From NCBI GenBank assembly GCA_002633005.1, contig NMRA01000128.1:170651-234650 (forward strand): a stretch of 64,000 nucleotides of DNA, in the 5' to 3' direction. The translations under genes and the position numbers were made by a program. Position 1 is the stretch's first letter, and each line of letters starts with the position of its first letter. Positions 1-13,000 of this stretch are shown in pieces. The notes under the pieces were generated by a model, which saw only the letters and a list, made by a program, of their open reading frames with translations, searched no databases and was not told where the DNA came from. The stretch is from Phoronis australis (lineage: Eukaryota > Animalia > Phoronida).

Positions 1-2
1 CG

Positions 3-220
3 GACTAGAGACGAATTTTGTACTGAGTAACAATCAACTTGGCCCAGGGACTAGAGACGAATGTTGTACTGAGGAGCAGTGAACTTGGCCCAGGGACCAG
101 AGATGATTGCTGTACAGAGTAGCAGTCAACGTAGCCCATGGACCAGAGATGATTGTTGTACAGAGTGACAGCCAAGTTGGTCCAGGGAACAGATATCATT
201 GTTGTAAAGAACCAGTCAGT
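3..220. repeat. 46-bp minisatellite, about 5 degenerate units
   Basis: Units begin GACTAGAG/GACCAGAG/GAACAGAT at 3, 49, 95, 141 and 187. Confidence 0.85.
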
Positions 221-1074
221 TTTGTTTGAAGTTATAAACTACAAAGTACTACACCAGTATTTCCAGGATAATCACTAACCAAAGTACAGCCACTATCAAC
301 AGTTTTCCGCATACCTGAATCCAACAACACCATGTCCATTCAGTCCATACGCTGCTGCCGCTGCTGCTGTGCGATGATGAAGAAAGCACGGATCTGCTGT
401 AGGCCGGGACAAGTGCAATTTGATGAGGACACACAAATATTGCTCCTGACACGGCCTACTACAACCCACTTCAATGCGCATACATAAGAATAAAACAAGC
501 CATAAACATTTCTTCAAAAGTCTCTGGCAATATACTGACCAATAACCCTGCCTCCATGGCCCAATCTGACCAACGTAAATTATAGGCCCACAAAACAGCG
601 ATCAAGATATGCTGCGCACAAGCAGGCCGGGACAAGTGCAATTGGTTTTCAGTTAAAACACCCACTACTGCACTCGAACCCGCCTACATGTGCGCAACTA
701 CGACTGCGCCATTACCAACAACCTCTTGATCCCAACTAAATGTACACAGAAATAACAGGCTCTTTTCAAACATACCAGTATTCAGAAAAAAGACACTTCC
801 CCTGAATGGAAATTGATTCCACAAGAGAACTCCAGTTTGAACAAGCAAACTGGCTTGTCAGTAGGTGTCAGCACTGTGCCAACTAGGCCGGGACAAGTGC
901 AATTTGAATCAAGAGTACAATATTGCACCCATACCAACCTAGCAGTCATAGCAATAGAATGTCTCAAAAACTGCGGCAAACCAAGCAGAGATGGTTAATT
1001 TCCACATGGACAACCCGTCTGATGGACACAAGTAGGAAACTACACATGCTCAGCAAAACGGATGTGACTCTTAC

Positions 1075-4000
1075 CTGGCTGTGATGTGTAGCTTGCACAG
1101 TTGTACTCGTAGATAATATCATCCATACAGTTGGCAAACAGCCGTGTGCGTGAAGAGTCCATACAAAGGTTGGAAAATCCTATCAAACAGACGTGCCAAA
1201 GGATGGTTTTAATGAAGGAACTCAATTTTTGTTAGGGAAACCCCGATGACACACATGTTAGGCAATTCATAACACTGATCTGAGCTTAACAAATGGTAAC
1301 ATCCTGAAATTTGAGGCATTTTATAAACACATCCTGAGTTCATCGAAAGCAGAATTAGAAATTTTATAAACCATACCATAGTCTTTGGTTAGAACTTGAT
1401 GTTATAAGTTCTCAAGCATACAGTTAAGAAACTAAAATAAATATTGATAACAAATTTGTGCTTCATATTCTAGAACCTACAAGCACCATTAGAAAATAAC
1501 TGGCATTTTGCCCCTAAGCTTGTGCTAAAATCAAACCCTGCAAGCCAGTAACATTGGCACAATGTTTACTTGTTCAAGTATCAAAATAGTCCGATTTTGA
1601 CAATAAATCAAAACAACCGTATTATTTACTAAAGACCTCAAAGCTATCTATCACAAGGCACAGTTTTAAATAATTAAAGTTACTTGATTCAGGAAGTACC
1701 GAATTTTGAACTGGATTGTTCAAGTGTGAACTTAACTCTTCAATTCTGAACAATGAAATTTGGCCCCACTTCTTAGTCAGCCTTACCATGCTTGCGTATA
1801 CCAAGTCCAGCGTAAGTGAACAGTTGCCAGGGGACAGCAGTCGACTTTAGAATGCTGTAATTCTTTCGCAAATCCCAGACTTTGATATTTCTGGAAATTG
1901 ATAAGAATTGATTTACGATGGGAATTAATATGTGGCAACAACAAACATTCACTCGCTGAAGGTGTTGAAGGATGTGGTCTGAGGTTATCTCAGGATTAGG
2001 AGGTCTCAATAAATTTGTTGGTTAATCCTCCCTCTTGACAATTTGAACTTAATTGAATGAGCATGGAAATAAATTTCAGTTCAGTTCAACAAAAACGCTA
2101 AGTTCCTCAAGTTTGAGGAAACGTCTTAAACCAAGAAATGTAACATCCAGGAAATCAACTCTTCCGTGAACAACCGGATACAATTATCTGATCTAAAATG
2201 CCTACAATTTTATCTTCAATTTCATGCATTTTTTGAGGCATTTTTCTTTGCAGGTAAAAATAATCATCTCATAACAAATAAAGTCCTTCGCAAGTTTGTT
2301 ATTTTTAGGCAGACTATTTCAGTTGTATTTCAGTAATCTACACACCCGTCAGCAGCACCAGCTGAGATGAGGTAATGGTCATCTTGAAACAGGACTGAGG
2401 TCACACTTTGTTGGCTGGATTCTTGAGTGATCTGTTTCACACGTCGTCTGCTCTTCTGGGTGATGCTCTTGTCCACCAGTGAGTGAGCATTGCGTATCTG
2501 ATTGACAGAAGGAATGGAACCATCTGTAAAAACATGTCAATCTATCACAGTCTACTATGAGGTGACACTACACAGGTAGCAAGAGCAGGGGATGGAAATG
2601 ATTCCAGCCTTGATACTCTAAAACTTCAGTACTGGACTAGCAAGCACCGAACACACAGTTAACGGTGCCCCTAAACTCCACACGTGCACTGACAATACTA
2701 CATATCTGAAAATTCTTCAAAACCAGTGAGCAGGTGTGGAGCAGTGTCAGTACTGGAGTTTAGGGGATGAAAACCATGTACTACGTAAGCCAACACCAGT
2801 GTGTACTATCTCACTAGTATTGAAGCATGGTCATGGGATCGTTTCTATCCCCTGAAGAAGTACTATGCAAAATTTCAAAACCTTGCCAACTACTAAATAC
2901 AACAATAAGGTTATTTGTGCTTTCATTTAACACAAATCGAAGTGGTTAAATTACTGTTAAGAAAAAATATGTCACTTGTATAATAGTATTCTAGCATTAC
3001 CATTGGATGTGTGGATAGTATTCTAGCATTACCATAGGATGTGTGGACAAGAAACAATGGAGTTGAGATGGCAGCAAGGTGCTACAAAGTGTTAACAGTT
3101 CACTAAAGGACCAACAAACAAATCACTGACACCCCACTCGTGGGTCTCCCTACCAATCAGGGGAAATGGGGCAAAATGGCAAACAGTCCACTAAAGGACC
3201 AGCAAACAAACTCACTGACATTCCACTTGTGGGTTTCACTACCTACAGGAGAAGTGGGTCAAAACGGCAAACACAGTTCACTTAAGGACCAGCAAACAAA
3301 TCACTGACACCCCACTTGTGGGTTTCCCTACCGATCAGGGGAAGTGAAACAAAATTACCATATTATTCAAGGTTCACATAAAGACCCTCGTCTGTAATGC
3401 GTAAAACCAGCATGAGAAATCTCAGGCAGAGTGCTGCTGTGCAGTATCATTTTAGCACCATAAAGTCAATATAGGTGGGACAAAACTCAAACTTTGCTTT
3501 ATCTTGCAAAAATGTCTGAAATATTAATCCAGGCTGTACATACAAATGACACCCACCAACGAAAAATAGAAGCAAAATATAGTTGTTCATAACTTAGACA
3601 AAACTCATGCTGAGTGTGCAACAGGAACAGTTCAATTACATTTAATGAGGTTGTTCCCAGCTTGAATATTCAGTGAACAGACAGAAATGAAACCGCTCAG
3701 AGGAGTGAAACTTGGCGAAATTAACCGAAAAGACGATGATGACAACGATGATGATTATGATGATGAAGGTGGCAATTATGAAAAACACAATAATATACAC
3801 ATGACTAGTGAAGATGTCACAAATCAGTAAGAAATAGGCTACAGTCTTAAGCGACACTTGGCGAAATTAACTGAAAAGATGATGATAGAGATGACGACGA
3901 CGATTATGATGATGAAGGTGGCAATAATGAACAACATAACATTCATATGACTAGCGAAGATGTCAGAAGCAGTAAGAAATAGGCTACAGTCTTGTTACTA

Positions 4001-7000
4001 GAAGTTAAACCAACATCAATGCAGCAAGAGCGCTCAACAAAGGAACACCGCTATCAGAAAATATCAAATAATTCGAAAAATAGACGTCCTAGCGAAAAAT
4101 GGAAAATATCTTCTGAAAGCCCGTTCAAAGCTCTATCTAACATGTTAGTTTTGGAAAATTCCGTAAATATTTTGAAAAAATAGAAATTTTGCATTTTGTT
4201 TCGAAATTCAAAGTCAAATAATTCGAAAACGTTAAGTCTGAGAAAAAATTTGTTAGAGTTCATTTGAAAGGACATATCTCAGAGAATTTACATGCAAAAA
4301 TTCATGTCATTTTCTCTTCCTGTTTAAAGAGCCCCTCCCCCCCCCCTGCACGACTTAAAATGGGTCAAAATGTGCCTTTTTAGCAACAGATAATAGCGTG
4401 TCATAGAAAACTAACACCTGAAAAATTTAGAAGCAATTTGTCCTATAATGCGCCCTCTACAGGAGAAAACGTTTTTTTTGCCTGAAATCGAAGTGCACAT
4501 GAGCAATTGCCAATATTTCCGCCAGTGAGTAAACAATTTCCTGCACATCTGTAGCAAACAATGTCAGAGCAACATACTTGTCCGAATTCAGCCAAGTAAT
4601 TAATGTAGGTACAGTCCACAAGTTGATTATTCTACAGGATTGCTAAACTCTGTAATTAGACTTCACTGGGTGGCAGGTCAGTGAGAAGGTAGCACAGACA
4701 TATATTGAGCAGGCAACACAATACAACACCACAGGTAGGCAGCAGACAACACAATACAACACTGCAGGTAGGTAGCTCATTAAGCCACAGCTACAATGGC
4801 ACTCCTATCACTGTTGGCAAACTCACAATGAAGGAGGGGCTCATAGCACAGGGTTGTAACATACACTGCAGCAATCTTATCAAGAAGATAACAGGTATAG
4901 CAAAAGTTTTCAAGAGAAACATTTGGTCTCCATACAGGTGAGCCAACAGACTGGTGTTGATGGATATTAAACATAGACCAGGTGTCTAGACTCTACACTT
5001 TGAGAAAATTATCTTACATGAAAAGCAGGGGATTTGACATTTGAAGGTAACCATTTCACAGTTCCATGGAAAGAAGGGTTTCCTACACAGTTCAGTTGAG
5101 AGAGCTAAGTTCTAAGATCAATAACCTCTCCTCGAGACTGAACTCGAGAATTGACCAACCACGTGCACACTGAGAGAAAACCTTTGAAGTTCAAGCAATG
5201 TGAATGACTTACAACTTACAAGTTGTGTCAAGAGGACAGTGTGATAGTCTCTGGCCAAGCTTCATCACAATCACGCAAAATGGAAAAACGTCTCTACATG
5301 AACCAAGTGCACTGTCCAAAACCATTTCAAACGAAGTGAGCTACTACTACTTCAAGAATGTCAAGTGTTCCCAAGTTCTAAACTCATCAACTCTTCTGGA
5401 CGGATCCTTGTGAATGGGAAATGTCATAAGTTCTGAACTCATCAACCACCACATGAAAACATTCTGTAGCCGATAATCACAAAACACAAAAGTCTCAATT
5501 TAAAACCATTTCTGCTAAGCACAATTTCCAGCCCATTAAATATCAAGACGAAACATTTTAATTCCAACATTCAGTCCTTTGCAATTTGTTAAAAACAGTT
5601 GCCATTTTAGAGCAAACCACCTACCTTTACTGGCACACCGGCTGTCCCATACCATGATATGTCCATCACGCGACCCACTGGCAAAGACATCTAAGAGTAG
5701 AAATCAAGAGAATAGTCCACATCACTCCTTAAAAACCATCTACACACAACTAGAAAGACCTCTTCTCAGCCTCAACCAGTCAGGTAAAGAGATGGCCAAT
5801 CCTTACAATGGTCCCTATGTCACAGAATACTAAAGATGCTGGAGGGAAAGGTTTATGCCAGAGGGAGCTCTCAACAAACCCAACTGTCAATGGTCAATCC
5901 TTACAATGCTCCTTATATATCAGGGAATTATAAATTAACAATAAATGCTAACCACAATGTTCAGGAGAGGTCCAGGAGAAGACACCTCATCTCAGCAAAC
6001 CAAACTGTAGAGTAGAGATGATCAATTCAAACAATGGTTCCTATATCAGGAAACCATAATCTAACACTGGTCATTAGTTGGGATGAGAGAGAGCAGAGGG
6101 CATGAGTACAAAGGCATGGTAGGCTTGAACTGTGTTACGCCTATTGTGGAACACTATATAACAGTCTGAGTACAATATACATAGCTAGTTGGAGTGGATG
6201 GGCAATACAATACATTCTGTATTCATGGGTATTCGAGTGTGAAAAGGAGGGAAACAGGGTAACACTGCTAGCTGATATAGCCAACAGATTACTGAAGCTC
6301 ACAAGACAAACACAGAACAGTCAGACTGTTAAAACATGACACTTTTGACCTTTATGAAACATTTCAGATTCTATACAGAGATGTCGACAGGTAGAAATGA
6401 GTATGTGCTCTCCTACACATGTCAATACTTTAAAACACTAAATAACTTGGAGGCTGAGTGACAACAGTTCCCCTATCAGTAGGCACATGCACGTCTACCA
6501 TTCTTATATTAAGACTAAGCAGTGTTTCAACCTCATTCTTCATAAAAGACCATGATTTTCAACACTAGGCCAGTATGTACCATCCATGGAACAATAGAAA
6601 GTGACACTAACAGCCCGGCCAAGAGACCAAATCCTAGTTCTGCATTCACATCCACTGACCAGCAAAGACTGTGCCCAATAGGGAGTATAACAGTGTCTCC
6701 TTAATGGAAGGAAATGCAAAAGCAAAATGTGGGCCCTCTCCTTGGCTGTTTTCATTACTTATAGTGTATGGTAGTACAAATCCCCCAAGTACACAGTAAT
6801 TAACGAGGAAATGTCACAAGATAACCAGGGATCCGCATGCTTTACTGCAGGTAATATCAAAACTGGTACCTTTTCCCTTTTTAAGGAATGCACAGAAAGC
6901 AGTGCGGGTTTATTTACCTTTACTTCCAAGCTGGAAGTTGACAGTTTTCACACTGCTCACGTGCCCTTTGAAAACGCACAGCTTCTCTTTGCTCGTTACA

Positions 7001-10000
7001 TCCCAAAACGCCACAGTCTGATCACCGGATGCCGTCAACAATTTGTTGTCTTGTTGTGTCCAGGCAATATCAAACACAGCATTCGAGTGGGCCATCCAAT
7101 CTAAACAAATCAACATCACTTCATTCAATACAAACATTTCAGAATGACTTGTCTTAACAGCAGGAACACATTTCAAGTATTAAGATGCTTTACCGACGCA
7201 TCGATGTAAATTGCAAAAGTTAAGAAGAGGATTTCCATTAGCTTTGGTAGTTAACAAACGTCGAAGTATTTACTAGGTGGCGCTATGGGCATCAAAGTTA
7301 TTGAAAGGTGGCAGTAACATGAGCAGTCAACACATTGTTGACAACAGCACTGACTGACCCCAGCAAAAACCTTGGATAACATTAAAGACGCTTTGACGTT
7401 TCTGAGTTAAATCCACCTGTTTACTGTGAAGTAAACTTAACCTCATTGACAAGCTTGTGTACTTAGCTAAATATCTACAAAACTATAGATATTAAGTCAG
7501 CAATTTAGAAAGCCTTAGAATTTTAGTTTTTATTGTAGACAAATCTGTCGTTAATTTGGTCATGAAACATATTTTTAATGAAATTTATCAAAAAAAAATA
7601 ATAGCAAAACTACGGTATCGATAACACAACCAAATTTCATTTGATATAAATGTTCTAGATGAAATCTCAAAAACAATTTTCTAAACTATCATTTAGTTTT
7701 CACTTTTGCAAATTTTGTTGATTTTTCAAATAAACCATAGTCATATTTTTGATAACCCCTCAATAAAACGCTGAACATTTGAAAACAATTCCTTACAGGG
7801 TTTCTAGAACACAGCATAAAACGTATCTGGAAGTTTCATTTGAATCTGAACAGCCATTTCCGAGATATTATCTCTGAAGTTAACTTGGTCCATTTTTGCC
7901 AGGGCCTTACATAGCCTTTAGTGAGAACTCTTAAGCAAAAAAATAATTCATGACTTATTAATGCTATTTGATTAGGCATTCCCATAACAGACTAACCAAA
8001 GTTGTTTAAAATGTGAACTTAATTCCATATCAAGACTGACTAGCAATTGTCAAATCCTTTGCAAAACTGAGCAGGCTACGATTGCTAAGCTTTACCAACA
8101 GAAAAGACTTCTGCATACTATACCTCATATAGCACTTCTAGACAAAACTTAACTCGTCCCATCTCCAACTTACATGAACTAAGAGACTCGTCTCCATTCT
8201 TGTTCGTGTTGAACAAGCGGACACAGCCATCTTCATCAGCCACAGCAAGGACATGCTCAGCGCTGGGAACTGAAACAAAAGACAACTTTTCTGCCTGGAT
8301 GCACTCAACTATAGACACATTTATGAGGCACACTTGACATAGAACAGTTGACACGGAACAGCGGATCAGGCGCAAGTTTGTGTATAAACACCACCGACAC
8401 GGAGCAAATGACAATGCAGCAGCCATTTTTGACATCGGTTTCAAGGTACCTAAACTACATGGTCAACGGACTTATAAACACGGGCACGGACGCATGAACA
8501 CGACTCACGGACCTGAAAACACGGGACACGGACTCCGTTCACGAGGAAACACGGTTAACGGACCGCCAAACACGGGTCACGGACTCATCGGCTTCCTGGG
8601 TCAGCTGACGTCTCCATTTGTCCGTAAACTGTGTTTGGCGGTCCGTTAACCGTGTTTCCTCGGGAATATGAGTCCGTGTTCCGTGTATTTGGGTGCGTGG
8701 ATCGTGTTTTGTGAGTCCGTTCCCGTGTTTGTGAGTCAGTGGACGGTGTTTGCAGGTCCGTGAGTCGTGTTCATGCGTCCGTGGGCCGTGTTTATGAGTC
8801 CGTTAACCGTGTAGTTTAGGTACCTTGGGTTTGAGAGGAATAGAGCAACTTGCTCCAGTGTCAATTACATGTCTCAACACAAACTGAGGTACGGTGGAAC
8901 TCGTGGAAGGGATCATTCTTGATCGCACATGCTCAACAGCGTACATAAGGGACATCATATTGTTTTGTGTGATCATCACGGTTAATCTGAACACACGCAG
9001 ACTTTCGCATAATTGACTTACGGTGTAAATGCGACTGAAGTAGAGCAACTCGTGCTGTGTCAAGTGTTCCACGTGTGAAAACGTCTTATGTTCCGTACAT
9101 CTTCTGCGTACTTGATTGCCCTTTCTTATGCTGATTTAGTTTCACCATTAAATCAAATCGAAAGTGACCTATCATGTAATTCTCAATATTATCGAAAATA
9201 TCTCAGAAAACTGTAGCAGCGTTTTCGAGACTTCTGAATTTTTATATTAAAGAAAACTTGGACACGTTGATACTATGGTTTTGCTACCGCGGTACCTTCC
9301 TTTCTTGGCAAATTTTACTAAAAAAAACATGGTCACATGTCCTAGCTAATTAAATTTTACAGGCTTTCTATCTTCAAAAAATATACTTTAATTGAATTAA
9401 AATNCCCCCGCCGTAAGCCAGGGATAGGGGGAACCCGTGCCCTATTTTTTTAGGTCAACATCATGAATACTTGTGGCTGGCGTACCCATGGAGTATCTCT
9501 GGGATAGGGGAACCTCTTCCTAAACTTTTTAGGTCAAAATAAAACCCATAATGGGTGACATCCCATCCAACGTACTAGGTAATTTTAGAATCAGTAATAA
9601 CATACTACTTTGACATTGATCATCAGTTTTTCTTTTCTTTTCTTAAGGCAAACGTTTTTACTTATGGTACATTATGAAAAGGAACTGTGCATGACATGAA
9701 TAATAAAAAGTTCCGTCTGTGTAATTGTATTTTATCAAATGCGGGGGTTGAAAAAAGAGAAAGAAAGTATTTGGGTAATAATGTTTTGAAAATGGCTAAA
9801 AGTTTTCAGATGCTTTAGCCATTTTTCCTAATACCTTGAAAAGTGCGAGCCTAGCATAATATCCATGTTTCACAGCAATACCACCAGCCATTTCTGAAAT
9901 ATCATCTACCCAAGTCAACCAAAATCTGGACATTTTTCTGTGGTAGTACCTAACCTTAACAGGATTACCTAGACAGGACTTGTATAGCCTCATTTGGTGC

Positions 10001-13000
10001 AGGGTACAAGGCCCAGTGTTAAGACCAAAGCAGACAGTCTTTACTAAATAATGGAATTGGTAAGAGTACCTAACAAGTCACAGTGCTGAGACTTAAATTC
10101 ACAAGTACACAATATCCCTTCAACTCAAGTTTGAATGGACCTCATCAAACAATCAATTGTTGACTCTAGGAATAACCTCAAAGTGGCAAAGAGGAATTTA
10201 AGAACCCAAAATAGATTTATTACATAACATTAGGCAAGGTGAGGAAACCGCCACATGAATGTGTACACCATCTGTCACCAACCAAGACCAATAACAGTCC
10301 TTGTATACATCAACGGACTATTTAAACCATCACAGACACTCCACACTTGGAGTAGTAAATCACATGACCTCATCAATAGAATTTGGCTGTAGGTTTTGCG
10401 GCAAGACCATTTTCACCTTTTAGGTGGAAAAATTTTGTTCTATGAACTAAAGCTTTGATAGCTTGCTAAGAAAATGCAGTTATAGTACTGCCATACAAAG
10501 TACTTATGGATCACCTCCCTTGATAACGCTTAGTTCTAAAGTTTGACAATTTGCAAGGTGGCGGCCTACATCAAGTGTTGAACCTTACCTGTACAGAACT
10601 GACACGCGAATGGTGGCACCCAGGCCTGAAAACAAAAAAGATCAACTTCATAACAGTCACCATCAGAACTTATAACAGATGATTACAGATAACAAAGCAA
10701 ACATTACATCAACGCTGTTGGGTCAATGTTTTTGTAAAGAGAAAAACCAAGGCAATGCATACCTCAAGCATATTCACCTGATCTCTTTGTTATGTTGATT
10801 AAGCATTTTTGTCATATTACTCAGACACTGGGCAGTAGAGTAGCAGATTTAAGGCCTTTTCACACTAACTTAACTCTGGTATAAGAAGAGCATTGAAGTA
10901 AACTGAGAAGTAAATTTGAACTGTTCATACCAGCTTTGTTAGTTAATGGCATCAAAGTGAACAATGAGTGACACACTCATCATCAAAGTAATTGCAATGT
11001 AGTGCCGATGAATCCCTTGTGCAGCTTTTTTATGAGACAATTGAAGATCTTTTACAATCCAGGACCAAAGATAACCGTTCATACTGACCGCAACTCCCCA
11101 AAACATTGATGGATCGGCGTTAGTATAAAAGGGCCTTTAGTGAAACACACTACACTAGCATAAGCTACATACATATCTGTGTTAGAACCAGGCTTCGATG
11201 ATTCGTCTGTTATTTCACACAAAAAAGAAACACCAATATTGTCATTTCCCAATTCTTTAAAAGGATAACTACCATGCTTCAAATAATAGCTATTTGATCG
11301 AGTGTAGTTAAACAGTGCAAAACGTGTTGAGAATGGTGGAGTTTTATTTTGTCACGAAATTTGACAAAATTTCACCTTTCTGTCAGTGCCTCATAGTGAA
11401 GTGTGAATAATTACCATAACAGCAAGGGGGCGCTAGACCACTGCTGTTTCACTAAATTTCATGAGTTAGCCACCAGTTCACAACTTTAATATCCTTATCA
11501 GTATACACTCCTTTTTCATGAGACGTAAAACAAACACTAATGTTCACCCTAAAATACTGTTTTTTACACAGGTCAGGTCTTATAAAATGAAGTAACTCTC
11601 ACACAATCAATAAGTTTAATTAGATAGGTGAAAGAAAGGTACTTAAAATGACCATGAGTATAAAAGCTATTACAGGAGTTAGTGTCTGCTGTCAGTGCAA
11701 AACATCACGAAAGGTCAAGTGCATTATTGGCTTGCACCATTTGGACAAGACAGTAATATTTCGATAAACAACTGACTGTGTATATAGAGCACACAATAAA
11801 AGTACTTCTTTGTCTTAACTAATTTAGCTTTGCACATTTGTAATGGTCTAAAATTTCTCACAATAATTATCTGGCACATGTAACCAGGACACACAGAGCA
11901 GAAATGTTTAAGTATCTTTTCTATTTTAAAATTTCAAAACTAAATCTTCAGTAGGCCTACTATGTAGTTCAACAGTAGTGACAATATTGACAGACCTTGG
12001 CTGCACGTCAAAAGTTCTCAACTGGTCAAAATACTTCAGAAAAACTACCAAAGCGATAAAACAATGCTGTTTATAAAATCCGTGATAAGTTGGTCCCAAT
12101 AGACGTGGTTACTCGGAGGTGTGCAGGACCTGTTTCTAAGCATCAAATCTGCATTTATTTGCTCTGTTATCAAGAGTACCAAGGTGTACAGACCCAGGCA
12201 GAACAAACACGCCTTTCATGGACCAGGACAAAGCGTGAAATGCCTTGACAGAAAATCGATACTGCTTGACAAGAGTGGAGAGCAGGTACAGCCCAACACA
12301 CTTGTTGATTCAAGCTGAATGCCAACAGTTTAACCATAGATAATTGGATGTTTAGCTTAATGGGATGGTGGCAAGCCATTTTTATAAGCTCAACACTCAA
12401 CAATGTCCTTGATTGACTTGAATGTGTTCAACTGAGCAGTTGAACCTTTATCACTTTAAAACAAAATATTACCTGTCATGAAAACCACATTTTTAGATCC
12501 ACAGCAGATTCCATAACACAACCCGTGAATGAGTTGCAGAGAGTGAGGGTTGACGATCCCCACTTTAAATGACTGTGAGATTGGCCTGGCTAGGTTGTTA
12601 TATGAGATGTTTCATTGTTTGACCTTGTTCCCTTCATTCTTAAGTAGGTAATGTAGTGAGCCATATGAATGAGGCATTACACACAGCCAGTTAAGAGATC
12701 CAATAGCGACAGAATAAAGGGGCTATTAATACCCACAGGAGGTGAACTGAAAACTTTGTGTGAGTAACACTGGCCAGGAAAATAATGACCAATCTCTGCT
12801 GGTTAGATAATCAAACTTTCAACTTAATGAACAACCCAGTTTCTTACAAGACAGAGCTAGCGTACCATACACGATTCCCTTAAACCATCATAAACTACAA
12901 GAAAAAACGCTGCATCAAAATTGACAAAATTAAAACTCATCAAACAGTTAACAACTACTCTCACATTCTTTTATCCGGCTGGACTTGAAAGACAACGCAA

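Noticed and set aside
3-904. CRISPR-like appearance of the 46-bp array and the spaced 20-bp motif
   Set aside because: Eukaryotic intron with no cas genes. The 46-bp units are whole-unit tandem repeats, and spacers over 200 bp are far too long.
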